Positions 1 to 8,993 of a stretch of DNA of 64,000 bases are shown one piece after another. How positions within the stretch are numbered: the stretch's first letter is position 1; every line of letters begins with the position of its first letter. Location: assembly GCA_913047375.1 (NCBI GenBank), contig CAJWTV010000004.1, positions 12,428-76,427 on the forward strand, written 5' to 3'. A program made the translations under genes and the position numbers. The notes beneath the pieces were generated by a model. That model saw only the letters and a program-made list of their open reading frames with translations. It was not told the origin of the DNA and ran no database searches. The stretch comes from an uncultured Polaribacter sp. (GTDB lineage: Bacteria; Bacteroidota; Bacteroidia; Flavobacteriales; Flavobacteriaceae).

Positions 1-449
1 CTACTATAATTGCTGATGTGCAGCATATAGCTAATTATAAAACAAGAGTTAATGCATATGAGGGGCATTATTTACACTATGACGTTAAGATTTTAGCGGA
101 GAATAAAATGATGAGTTTTAGTAAGGGAGACATTTATATCCCAACAAACCAAAACGGAATTCGTTATATTATAGAAACATTAGAAGCAGAAGGTGTAGAT
201 TCCTTTTTTTGCTGGAATTTCTTTGACACTATTTTACAAAGGAAAGAAGGTTTTTCAGGATATGTTTTTGAGGATTTAGCAGAAGTTTTTTTAAAAGAAA
301 ATCCAATTATAAAAAAAGAGCTATTAAATAAAATAGATACTGACGAAAGCTTTTCAAGAAATCAAAAAGCTCAGCTAGACTTTGTATACAAAAAAACCCA
401 GCATTATGAAAAGGCACATCTCCTTTTACCAATTTTCAAAGTGTACTAA
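1..449 (+). CDS. C-terminal part of a probable M14-family zinc carboxypeptidase (5' truncated by window)
   Basis: Frame is open from base 3. AYEGHYLHY, DSFFCWNFFDTILQRKEGFS and YEKAH resemble the C-terminus of flavobacterial M14 metallopeptidases; catalytic motifs lie outside the window. Confidence 0.6.
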   Translation, partial: TIIADVQHIANYKTRVNAYEGHYLHYDVKILAENKMMSFSKGDIYIPTNQNGIRYIIETLEAEGVDSFFCWNFFDTILQRKEGFSGYVFEDLAEVFLKENPIIKKELLNKIDTDESFSRNQKAQLDFVYKKTQHYEKAHLLLPIFKVY

Positions 450-712
450 TTCTTTAAAAAAAAGTATAGCGTAAAAAGAATAATATATATTGTAAGATAA
501 AAGCGATAAAAGTTTCTCATTTTTAAGTATTCTTTATTTTCAGGGTATAAATTGAAAAGTAAGCCTTTTAATTCTCTTATAAATAGAGGTTTTATATTTA
601 TAACCCAAGAATTTGTGTTGTATACTATTTTTCTAAATTTACTTCGATAAAAAGATAAAGGGAATCCCCAAATTAAAAAAAGTATAAACCAAATATTCAG
701 AAAGTCTGTCAT
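446..712 (-). CDS. Small hypothetical membrane protein
   Basis: 88 aa with hydrophobic N- and C-terminal segments; last gene of a tightly packed minus-strand operon. Confidence 0.7.
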   Translation of the reverse strand: MTDFLNIWFILFLIWGFPLSFYRSKFRKIVYNTNSWVINIKPLFIRELKGLLFNLYPENKEYLKMRNFYRFYLTIYIILFTLYFFLKN

Positions 713-715
713 TTT

Positions 716-1501
716 TTATTTTTTTGGAAACCAAGGGAAAAAAGCATTCGTTTTTTTAATATACTCCTTATAATCAGGTTTTTTATTAATGAGTGTTTTT
801 TCTAATAATGTAACCCCTGAAACTTTAACAATTAAGAATGTCATTAAAGCAAAACTAAAAATAGGGAAAAAGCAGTTTACTGATATTGAAAATAAAGTAA
901 ATCCTAGCCAAACGGTAGCATCCCCAAAATAATTTGGATGTCTAGTAAATTTCCATAAACCTTGGGTAAGTAGTTTGTTTTTGTTTTCTTCTTTAGATTT
1001 AAATTTAGCTAATTGATAATCGCCTCTTGATTCAAAAATAAATCCCACTAACCAGACAAAACAAGCAAGAAAGTCAATGAGTTGTAAAGGTATATTTTCG
1101 CCAAAATACATAGCAGCCAATAAAGGAGCAGAGATTAACCATGCTAATATCCCTTGTAAAAGAAAGACTTGAAAAAAGCTAAACCACCAGTATCTTTTTT
1201 CTCCATAATCCTTTCTAAATTGTTTGTATCTGAAATCCTCTGATTTCCCCCAATTTCTCCACCCTAAATATAAAAAAAGTCTAATTCCCCAAACTAGTAA
1301 AAGTAATAAAACTAAAATTTTACGATTTTGACTCCCATTAGTATTAAGAAAATAAGTAATCCCTGCAGTAATAAAAGCGATACTCCAAAAAGGATCTACA
1401 ATACTTACATTTTTTTTAAAAACACTAATTATCCAAAGAAAAGACATTAAAATAATTATTGCTAAAAATCCCTGAATGTATAAAAGTAAAAAGTTTATCA
1501 T
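716..1501 (-). CDS. DUF1295 / steroid 5-alpha-reductase-like membrane protein
   Basis: SIVDPFWS, EDFRY and GLWKFTRHPNYFGD motifs; multiple TM helices. Confidence 0.9.
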   Translation of the reverse strand: MINFLLLYIQGFLAIIILMSFLWIISVFKKNVSIVDPFWSIAFITAGITYFLNTNGSQNRKILVLLLLLVWGIRLFLYLGWRNWGKSEDFRYKQFRKDYGEKRYWWFSFFQVFLLQGILAWLISAPLLAAMYFGENIPLQLIDFLACFVWLVGFIFESRGDYQLAKFKSKEENKNKLLTQGLWKFTRHPNYFGDATVWLGFTLFSISVNCFFPIFSFALMTFLIVKVSGVTLLEKTLINKKPDYKEYIKKTNAFFPWFPKK

Positions 1502-1534
1502 TATTAAAAGTATGATTAATATTAGTAAAATAAA

Positions 1535-2161
1535 CTAGAATGCAGAGGTGATATTTAATGTTACTTCATCCCATGTCTTTGAAATTCCGTCCGAACCTTT
1601 ATGTAACTCTTCACAAACTTTATTTAATGATGCTATAGCAGCTTTCGCATTCCAATTATTAATATCTAAGGTAGATTTCATAGAGAATGTATTTTCATTA
1701 ATAACATAAGTAAAAGGAACTTTATCTGAAATCCCATTCATCTTTATAGTAGCAACTCCTGTATTATTAGTTAAAACCTCTAATTTACCAGACAGTAAAT
1801 TCGTATTCATAAAGCTAAAAAAAAATTTTCTAATTTTATAATCTCTACTTGAATCTTGTGTAAAAATACTACTCACAGGTATTGCAAATTCAGTATTATT
1901 TATTGCTTCTTTTATTGTGTTTCCATTTCCATTAGCAGTAATATTCACTTTTTTAAATTTTCCATTTACAGGTATTTTTTCTGTTGTTTTATATGCTGTC
2001 CAACCAATTGTGTTTTTAGCATTACTTAGTGAAAACTTTGATGAGGATATCTCAATCTTTTTTAAAACCTCCTTTGTTATATTCTCTTTAACTTCAGTCT
2101 TACAGCTAGACGATATAACTAAAGTTATAATTAATAATATGTATGAAATCGATTTTCTCAT
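1535..2161 (-). CDS. YceI-family lipid/polyisoprenoid-binding lipoprotein
   Basis: Lipobox ISSSC; WTAYKTTEKIPVNGKF, RDYKI and LHKGSDGISKTW are typical of flavobacterial YceI-like proteins. Confidence 0.8.
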   Translation of the reverse strand: MRKSISYILLIITLVISSSCKTEVKENITKEVLKKIEISSSKFSLSNAKNTIGWTAYKTTEKIPVNGKFKKVNITANGNGNTIKEAINNTEFAIPVSSIFTQDSSRDYKIRKFFFSFMNTNLLSGKLEVLTNNTGVATIKMNGISDKVPFTYVINENTFSMKSTLDINNWNAKAAIASLNKVCEELHKGSDGISKTWDEVTLNITSAF

Positions 2162-2164
2162 CAC

Positions 2165-2431
2165 TTAAAATTTAGGGTTTATTATTATGTTTACTAATTT
2201 AATGTATTCTGCTTTTGCCTCATCTGGTTCCATATCTTTTAATTGGGCCCATGCATTAAACTTAAAGCCATTTCTAACGTCATGAAGTCCATTAAAAGAG
2301 AAATTATTACCAAAATTAGCTTGTTTATCAAAAGCATACAATTTTAACATTATATCTGTTGCGATAATTTCATTTAAATTAGAAACTTTATCATAGGCTA
2401 ATTTAAATTCTTTGTCTAATTCATTTAGCAT
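2165..2431 (-). CDS. Acyl-CoA-binding protein (ACBP)
   Basis: LKLYAFDKQA, KFNAW and EAKAEYI pattern; ATG at 2431 avoids overlap with psd. Confidence 0.85.
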   Translation of the reverse strand: MLNELDKEFKLAYDKVSNLNEIIATDIMLKLYAFDKQANFGNNFSFNGLHDVRNGFKFNAWAQLKDMEPDEAKAEYIKLVNIIINPKF

Positions 2432-2438
2432 CTCTCGA

Positions 2439-3095
2439 CTATTTTTCTGCAATTACTTGAGTTCCACCTTTTACCTTATCTCCTAGTTTTACATTTATTT
2501 TTGTATTTAACGGTAAAAAAAGATCAACTCTGGAGCCAAACTTAATAAATCCAGCATCTGTTCCTTGTACAATTTCATCACCTTTTTTTGCATAATTTAC
2601 AATTCTTTTAGCAAGTGCTCCAGCAATCTGCCTGTATAAGACTTCTCCAAAAGATTTGTTTTCTAATACAATTGTTGTTCTTTCATTTTCAGTAGATGCT
2701 TTCGGATGCCAAGCTACTAGGTATTTACCAGGATGATACTTGCTGTAATTTACAGTCCCACTCATAGTATATCTTGTTACATGAACATTGATAGGAGACA
2801 TGAATATAGAGACCTGTAATCTTTTTCCTTTAAAATATTCTGGCTCTTCAACTTCTTCAATCACAACTACCTTACCGTCAACAGGAGCAATAATGTGATT
2901 TTCATTCAACGAAGTAGTTCTTTTAGGATTTCTAAAAAATTGTAAAATTATAATTAAAAAAAATAAAATTATAATTTGAATGGATTTAACTAGCCAAGCT
3001 GGTTCAATAAATTTCTCTGTAAGTAAAACTCCTGCAACGGATAATAATAATGATGTTATTATTATCGTGTAACCTTCTTTGTGAAAACGAATCAT
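2439..3095 (-). CDS. psd: Phosphatidylserine decarboxylase proenzyme
   Basis: APVDGKV, SIFMSPINVH and the FGSRVD self-cleavage motif. Confidence 0.95.
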   Translation of the reverse strand: MIRFHKEGYTIIITSLLLSVAGVLLTEKFIEPAWLVKSIQIIILFFLIIILQFFRNPKRTTSLNENHIIAPVDGKVVVIEEVEEPEYFKGKRLQVSIFMSPINVHVTRYTMSGTVNYSKYHPGKYLVAWHPKASTENERTTIVLENKSFGEVLYRQIAGALAKRIVNYAKKGDEIVQGTDAGFIKFGSRVDLFLPLNTKINVKLGDKVKGGTQVIAEK

Positions 3096-3098
3096 GAA

Positions 3099-3899
3099 TT
3101 ATATTATAAAGTTGATATACAAATATACAAACGGAGCAGCAAACAACAAACTATCTAGCCTGTCTAAAATTCCTCCGTGACCTGGCATAATATTACCACT
3201 ATCTTTTATGTTTGCCTGTCTTTTAAATTTAGATTCTACTAAGTCTCCTATTGTACCAATAATTGAAACAATACCAGCAATAACAACCCAATTTAATAAT
3301 GAGTAATTAGTTGCATATTTAGAAATGATAAAGCCTGTTAATATTGAGAAAACCAGTCCACCAATAAATCCCTCAATTGTCTTTTTTGGTGATACAGAAA
3401 CAAACAACTTATGTTTCCCAAAATTCTTGCCAACTATGTAAGCAAAACTATCATTAACCCAAATAAGTATTAATATGTTTAATATTATATATTTAGATAC
3501 GTCATAATTTTCTTTTTGAAAAGGAATAAGAATTAAAAAGCAAAAAGAGAAAACTAAGTATCTTACAGTTAAACCGACCTTAGAACGATCATCTTTAAAA
3601 GAAATTTCTTTTTTTGATATTAATTGATATATTAAAAAGACAGACGAAATAATATTAATTCCCAAAATTATTATTACGGCATAACTATCAGGTCTCTTTA
3701 AAAGCAGGAAAATAGCTGCAGCAAAAAAGATATAGGAAGCAAAACTTTTAAAGTTTATTAATTTGTGAAATTCCCAAATAGCTATTAAACTAAAAATTGA
3801 TGTAAGAACTATGTATGATTCTTTAGAATAAAGAATAGCTGAAAGAAAAATTACAACGAAAATAAGCCCTGAAAGACTCCTTTTTAAAAGGTTGTGCAT
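3099..3899 (-). CDS. cdsA: Phosphatidate cytidylyltransferase
   Basis: SPKKTIEG, GDLVESKFKR and KDSGNIMPGHGGILDRLDS signature. Confidence 0.95.
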   Translation of the reverse strand: MHNLLKRSLSGLIFVVIFLSAILYSKESYIVLTSIFSLIAIWEFHKLINFKSFASYIFFAAAIFLLLKRPDSYAVIIILGINIISSVFLIYQLISKKEISFKDDRSKVGLTVRYLVFSFCFLILIPFQKENYDVSKYIILNILILIWVNDSFAYIVGKNFGKHKLFVSVSPKKTIEGFIGGLVFSILTGFIISKYATNYSLLNWVVIAGIVSIIGTIGDLVESKFKRQANIKDSGNIMPGHGGILDRLDSLLFAAPFVYLYINFII

Positions 3900-3900
3900 A

Positions 3901-4479
3901 TTATAAATCTTCAAATAGTAATAAATATAAGTTTTTTGAATTACTGTTGCCGTAGTTTAAAAAGTTATCATCATCTTTTTCTATATTATAACTTTTAATA
4001 GCACTTATGTTATTTGGTAACTCATCTTTAAAACTTGATTTAATACCTGTTAATCCTTGTCCTGTATCTTTTACAATCTGACTTGTAGAAGCATAAATAA
4101 TAAAATCTTCAGAATATTCTGCAATTTTACTACTTTTTAATTGATTCGAAGACAATAGAATGTCACCTTTATCAGCAATTAAGTGTTCACAGGTCATTAA
4201 AACAGGAAGTGATAAGTTGTCTTTTGAAGTTTGTATTTTTTTATCTAAAAACTTTAAAAGAGTTTTGTCTAAAACTTGAATTTGATTCCAATTATTTTCA
4301 ACTAATATATTTCTTAAGTTAGAGATTACTTCTTCTTTCTTTATACAATATAAAAACTTACCTCCTTTAGCTATAAAGTTCTTGACAAACAAATCATCCA
4401 AAGATATAAAGACCTTTTCTTTTGGTATTTCATTATCTTCAATTGATTTTCTATTAAGAAGTTTCTTTAAAAAATTCAT
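3901..4479 (-). CDS. LUD-domain (lactate utilization B/C-like) protein
   Basis: FIAKGGKFLYC and CEHLIAD; usual flavobacterial position between ftsH and cdsA. Confidence 0.75.
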   Translation of the reverse strand: MNFLKKLLNRKSIEDNEIPKEKVFISLDDLFVKNFIAKGGKFLYCIKKEEVISNLRNILVENNWNQIQVLDKTLLKFLDKKIQTSKDNLSLPVLMTCEHLIADKGDILLSSNQLKSSKIAEYSEDFIIYASTSQIVKDTGQGLTGIKSSFKDELPNNISAIKSYNIEKDDDNFLNYGNSNSKNLYLLLFEDL

Positions 4480-4499
4480 TAGTAAATTAAAGATTTTAA

Positions 4500-6524
4500 T
4501 TACTTGTCTGATTTATCGTCTTCTGATTTAGAAAACTGGATAGAAGGTACTGTTTTATCATCAGCTGCTTCTTTTTCCTCTATTTTCTCCTCAACTTTTA
4601 CTGGTTTCAATGGTATGATTTCCGGTTCGAATGGTCTTTCACCAAATATTTTTACTAAATCGTCTTTAAAAATAACTTCTTTTTCTAAAAGTAGTTCAGC
4701 TAAAACTGTAAGCTTATCTTTATTACTACTTAATAGATCAATAGCTCTTATATATTGAGCTTCAATCATTTTTGAAATTTCTCTATCAATTGTTTTGGCT
4801 GTTTCCTCACTGTAAGGTTTTACAAAAGAATCATTTCCAGAAGAATCATAATAAGTAATATTTCCAACCTCTTCATTCAAACCATAAACAGTAACCATTG
4901 CTCTAGCTTGTTTAGTTACTTTTTCTAAATCACTCAATGCCCCTGTTGAGATTTTATTAAAAATAATTTTTTCTGCAGCTCTACCTCCTAAAGTTGCACA
5001 CATTTCATCTAACATTTGCTCAGTTTGAACAATCATTCTTTCTGCAGGTAAATACCAAGCTGCACCTAATGACTGACCCCTAGGGACTATGGTAACTTTT
5101 ACCAGCGGTGCAGCATGCTCTAACATCCAGCTTACAGTAGCATGTCCAGCTTCATGAAAAGCTATTGTTTTCTTTTCTTTCGGTGTAATTACTTTATTCT
5201 TCTTTTCTAAACCACCAACTATTCTATCGACAGCGTCTAAAAAGTCTTGGTGTTCTATTGCTTTTTTATTGTGTCTTGCTGCTATTAAAGCTGATTCATT
5301 ACACATATTTGCAATATCCGCCCCAGAAAATCCAGGTGTTTGCTGTGCTAAAAATTCAACTTTTACATCATCTCCTAATTTTAAAGGTTTAATATGTACT
5401 TCAAATATTTCTTTTCTTTCGTTTATATCAGGTAAATCAACATAAATTTGTCGATCAAAACGTCCTGCGCGCATCAGAGCTTTATCTAAAACATCAGCTC
5501 TATTTGTTGCAGCAATTACGATTACATTTGTATCGGTTCCAAAACCATCCATTTCTGTTAGCAGTTGGTTTAATGTGTTTTCTCTTTCATCGTTACCACC
5601 TGTCATACTATTTTTTCCTCTAGCTCTTCCGATAGCGTCAATTTCATCTATAAAAATTATAGACGGAGATTTCTGTTGAGCTTGCTTAAATAAATCTCTT
5701 ACACGAGAAGCACCAACTCCTACAAACATTTCTACAAAATCTGATCCCGATAAAGAAAAGAAAGGAACTCCCGCTTCTCCTGCTACTGCTTTTGCTAATA
5801 ATGTTTTACCTGTTCCTGGAGGTCCTACAAGTAGTGCCCCTTTCGGTATTTTACCACCTAATGATGTATATTTTTCGGGATGTTTTAGAAAGTCTACAAT
5901 TTCTTGTACTTCTTCTTTTGCCCCTTCTAGTCCAGCTACATTCTCAAATGTTGTTTTTACTTTGGTATCTTTATCAAACAGTTTAGCCTTTGATTTTCCG
6001 ATATTGAAAATTTGGCCACCACCACCAGATCCACCACCACCAGACATCCTACGCATAAAAAATAACCAAACTCCAATTAATATGATAAATGGTAAAAAAC
6101 CAATTAAAGTATCAAAAAGACTTGTTTGACTTTTGTTTTCTACATCAACAATTAAGTTTTTTAATTTTTTTGCAACTTCAACTTCATTTTCGAAATTTTG
6201 TTGATCTCCGAAATTATATTCAAAAATTGGTGATCCTGGTCTGTAGAAGGCGGAAGATTTTTGTTCTTTATATTTTTCTTTTTCTAACGCTTTTTGAGTT
6301 AAAAAAATTTGAGCAGTTGTATTATTTATAACTAATATTTTTTTAATATCATTATCATTTAAAACTCTCTCAAATTTATTTTTTGATAGTGTTTTTGAGT
6401 CTAGTGAACCAGAGTTAAAAAATTGAAATGCTATTAAAAGTAAAAATACGCCACCATAAATCCAGTATGAACTAAATTTGAGTTTTGGAACTTTAGGTTT
6501 ATTTTCTTTATTTGAATCTTTCAT
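4500..6524 (-). CDS. ftsH: ATP-dependent zinc metalloprotease FtsH
   Basis: Two TM helices, Walker A GPPGTGKT, Walker [17 protein letters not shown] zinc motif. Confidence 0.98.
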   Translation of the reverse strand: MKDSNKENKPKVPKLKFSSYWIYGGVFLLLIAFQFFNSGSLDSKTLSKNKFERVLNDNDIKKILVINNTTAQIFLTQKALEKEKYKEQKSSAFYRPGSPIFEYNFGDQQNFENEVEVAKKLKNLIVDVENKSQTSLFDTLIGFLPFIILIGVWLFFMRRMSGGGGSGGGGQIFNIGKSKAKLFDKDTKVKTTFENVAGLEGAKEEVQEIVDFLKHPEKYTSLGGKIPKGALLVGPPGTGKTLLAKAVAGEAGVPFFSLSGSDFVEMFVGVGASRVRDLFKQAQQKSPSIIFIDEIDAIGRARGKNSMTGGNDERENTLNQLLTEMDGFGTDTNVIVIAATNRADVLDKALMRAGRFDRQIYVDLPDINERKEIFEVHIKPLKLGDDVKVEFLAQQTPGFSGADIANMCNESALIAARHNKKAIEHQDFLDAVDRIVGGLEKKNKVITPKEKKTIAFHEAGHATVSWMLEHAAPLVKVTIVPRGQSLGAAWYLPAERMIVQTEQMLDEMCATLGGRAAEKIIFNKISTGALSDLEKVTKQARAMVTVYGLNEEVGNITYYDSSGNDSFVKPYSEETAKTIDREISKMIEAQYIRAIDLLSSNKDKLTVLAELLLEKEVIFKDDLVKIFGERPFEPEIIPLKPVKVEEKIEEKEAADDKTVPSIQFSKSEDDKSDK

Positions 6525-6544
6525 ATAATATAAATGAAATGTAT

Positions 6545-6913
6545 TTATTTAGTTTTTATCTGTGTAATATTGGCGTCACCCCAAAGACTTTCAATATCAT
6601 AAAACTCTCTAATGTGCTTTTGGAAAACATGAACAACTACGTTTACATAGTCCATTAAAACCCATTCAGAATTAATTTGACCCTCAATATGCCAAGGTTT
6701 GTCTTTTATTTCCTTAGAAACAGTTTTTTGCACTGAACTAGATATTGCATTTACTTGAGTATTAGAATTACCTGAGCAAATGATAAAATAATCACAGACA
6801 GTATTTTCTATTTCTCTTAAATCTAGTAATTGAATATCCTCACCCTTAACATTGTCAATTCCTTTTATAATTACAGCAATTAATTCGTCTGTATTGATTA
6901 TTTTTTTGGTCAT
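6545..6913 (-). CDS. rsfS: Ribosome silencing factor
   Basis: DYFIICSG, WVLMDYVNVVVH and FYDIESLW. Confidence 0.95.
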   Translation of the reverse strand: MTKKIINTDELIAVIIKGIDNVKGEDIQLLDLREIENTVCDYFIICSGNSNTQVNAISSSVQKTVSKEIKDKPWHIEGQINSEWVLMDYVNVVVHVFQKHIREFYDIESLWGDANITQIKTK

Positions 6914-6933
6914 TAAAAATTATAAATTTTAAG

Positions 6934-6941
6934 CAAAGTTA
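6934..6941 (-). promoter_or_regulatory. Bacteroidota sigma-ABfr -7 element (TAACTTTG) for the rsfS-ftsH operon
   Basis: Exact TAnnTTTG match 20 nt upstream of the rsfS ATG. Confidence 0.7.
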
Positions 6942-6998
6942 TTCTTTTTTTGCCACTTTTTTGTGTATTATTGAACTACTTTATACATTATTTAACAC

Positions 6999-7730
6999 TT
7001 GAAAATAATCAAACTTGATGCCATTGATTCAACCAATTCTTTTTTAAAAGATTTGTCAAGAAATTCAACGTTAGAGAATTTCACAACTGTTGTATCCAAA
7101 TATCAAACAAAAGGAAGAGGGCAGCAAGGGGATTATTGGATTTCTGCAGACGGTAAAAATCTAACATTCAGTACTTTTGTGTCCTTTGTGTCTTTAGAAT
7201 TACATCAACACAAATACTTAAATTTTGCGATTAGTATAGCTATTTTAGAAGTATTAAAACATCTAGGAGTAGTTAATTTAAAGATTAAATGGCCCAACGA
7301 CATTTTGGCAGGGAATGATAAAATATCAGGTATTTTAATTGAAAATAGTATAAAAAACAAAAAAATACAATCTTCAGTTATTGGAATTGGTATTAATGTA
7401 AATCAATTAGCGTTCCCAATATTCAATCGAAATGCGACATCTTTAAAAAAATGTTTACAAAAAGACTTTGACCTTAAAGAACTATTAAATATTTTTTTAA
7501 AAAAAATACAAATTAAAGTTAACCTTTTAAACATTGGAGATTTTGATGCTTTACAAGAGCAATATTTAAATTATTTATACAAAATAAATGTTCCAACTAC
7601 TTTTAAAGATAAAGAGAACGTTTTGTTTATGGGTATAATTATTGGAATATCAAATAACGGTAAGTTACGAATCCGATTAGAAAATGATTCAATAAAAGAA
7701 TTTGGAATAAAAGAAGTTTCCTTTGCTTAA
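6999..7730 (+). CDS. birA: Biotin--[acetyl-CoA-carboxylase] ligase (no HTH domain)
   Basis: DSTN, QTKGRGQ, KWPNDI, KISGILIE and GIGINVN; TTG start. Confidence 0.95.
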   Translation: MKIIKLDAIDSTNSFLKDLSRNSTLENFTTVVSKYQTKGRGQQGDYWISADGKNLTFSTFVSFVSLELHQHKYLNFAISIAILEVLKHLGVVNLKIKWPNDILAGNDKISGILIENSIKNKKIQSSVIGIGINVNQLAFPIFNRNATSLKKCLQKDFDLKELLNIFLKKIQIKVNLLNIGDFDALQEQYLNYLYKINVPTTFKDKENVLFMGIIIGISNNGKLRIRLENDSIKEFGIKEVSFA

Positions 7731-8116
7731 AGCTTTGCTATATTATCTGTAAGAGTGTCAACAAATTTCGTTAACGGTTTTTTTATCATCATCGCCATCA
7801 TTGCATTAAATTCACCGAGAAAACTTAATTGGACAGTACATGATTTATCAGAAGACTCCTCGATATTTGCTGATAACGTAAAAGGCAACTTACTACTTGC
7901 TGCACCTAAAGTTATATTAGAGTATTCAATCTTTTCCTTTACTACCAATCTGATTTCAGGCATCCCTTTTAAACCAAAAATAAAAGACTTTCCATCTACT
8001 TCAAATTTTTCAGTATTTTCCGGCATTAATCTTTCGAAGTTTGATAATTCTATCAAAAAAGAATAAATTTCTTTTGCAGATTTTTGTGAAGTTATTTTGG
8101 TTCCTTCTATATTCAT
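7727..8116 (-). CDS. SRPBCC-fold protein downstream of pyrE
   Basis: NFERLMPE and FNAMMAMMIKKPL; conserved Bacteroidota pyrE neighbour; ATG at 8116 preferred. Confidence 0.75.
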   Translation of the reverse strand: MNIEGTKITSQKSAKEIYSFLIELSNFERLMPENTEKFEVDGKSFIFGLKGMPEIRLVVKEKIEYSNITLGAASSKLPFTLSANIEESSDKSCTVQLSFLGEFNAMMAMMIKKPLTKFVDTLTDNIAKL

Positions 8117-8126
8117 TTTTATATTT

Positions 8127-8768
8127 TTATTGTTTCCAAAGACTTGGATCACTTCTCCATTCTTGTAAAGTATTTATTTCATTCTCAGAAATATAGTTAC
8201 TATCTGAAGCTTGTTCTAGTAAATTAGTATAGTTGCTTAACGTAGTTAAAGTAACATTCTTTTCTTTGAAGTTCTCATTAGCAATATCAAATCCATATGA
8301 AAAAATCGCTACCATCCCTTTAACAACAGCGCCAGCCTCTTTTAAGGCCTCTACTGCATTTAAGCTGCTTTTCCCAGTACTAATTAAGTCTTCTATAACT
8401 ACAACATTTTGACCGCTTTCTAAATATCCCTCAATTTGATTTTTACGACCATGTTTTTTTGGCTCTGGCCTTACGTAAATAAAAGGAACTCCTAATTCTT
8501 GAGCAACTAAAATACCAATAGCGATTGCACCAGTAGCTACTCCTGCTATTACATCAGGTTTACCATGTTGTTGTTCTACTATTTTTGCAATTTCTTCTTT
8601 TAGAAAAACTCTTACAGCTGGATAAGATAATGTAATTCTATTATCACAGTATATTGGAGATTTCCATCCAGAGGCCCACGTAAATGGAGTGTTTGGACTC
8701 AATTTTATAGCTTTTATTTGCAATAAAAGTTCAGCTGTTTTTTTCGCTATATCTTTGTTTAGTATCAT
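8127..8768 (-). CDS. pyrE: Orotate phosphoribosyltransferase
   Basis: FTWASGWKSPIYCDNR and PRPP motif VVVIEDLISTGKS; start at MILNKD. Confidence 0.97.
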   Translation of the reverse strand: MILNKDIAKKTAELLLQIKAIKLSPNTPFTWASGWKSPIYCDNRITLSYPAVRVFLKEEIAKIVEQQHGKPDVIAGVATGAIAIGILVAQELGVPFIYVRPEPKKHGRKNQIEGYLESGQNVVVIEDLISTGKSSLNAVEALKEAGAVVKGMVAIFSYGFDIANENFKEKNVTLTTLSNYTNLLEQASDSNYISENEINTLQEWRSDPSLWKQ

Positions 8769-8772
8769 ATTG

Positions 8773-8780
8773 CAAATGTA
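8773..8780 (-). promoter_or_regulatory. -7 element (TACATTTG) of pyrE
   Basis: TAnnTTTG match 4 nt before the pyrE ATG. Confidence 0.7.
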
Positions 8781-8907
8781 TAAAGTTTTTGTAAACGAGA
8801 AACCTATTATCTCAAATGATTCTTTTAAATTTTTAAAATAAGTACTCAATTTTCCTCGTTATAATTTACTTGAAGATATTATATCAATAAATAGCTATTT
8901 GATGTAG
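8776..8907 (+). pseudogene. Relic of the 5' end of a NUDIX hydrolase gene
   Basis: Reads MYKVFVNEKPIISNDSFKFLK*VLNFPRYNLLEDIISINSYLM*. MYKVFVNxKP is the recalled N-terminus of the flavobacterial NUDIX gene divergent from pyrE. Confidence 0.7.
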
Positions 8908-8959
8908 AATTGATTTCAACAAATACGAATACTTATATGAATAAAATTAAAAATCAAAC

Positions 8960-8967
8960 TATCTTTG
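8960..8967 (+). promoter_or_regulatory. -7 element (TATCTTTG) for the SulP gene
   Basis: Exact TAnnTTTG match 26 nt upstream of the ATG. Confidence 0.65.
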
Positions 8968-8993
8968 CCGACTTGTAGAAAATAACAAAAATC

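Noticed and set aside
6015-6042. CCA repeats in ftsH
   Set aside because: They encode the ordinary Gly-rich linker GGGGSGGGG.
8769-8849. 27-aa N-terminal extension of pyrE in the ORF track
   Set aside because: It spans the pyrE promoter and NUDIX relic; MILNKD at 8768 fits as the true start.
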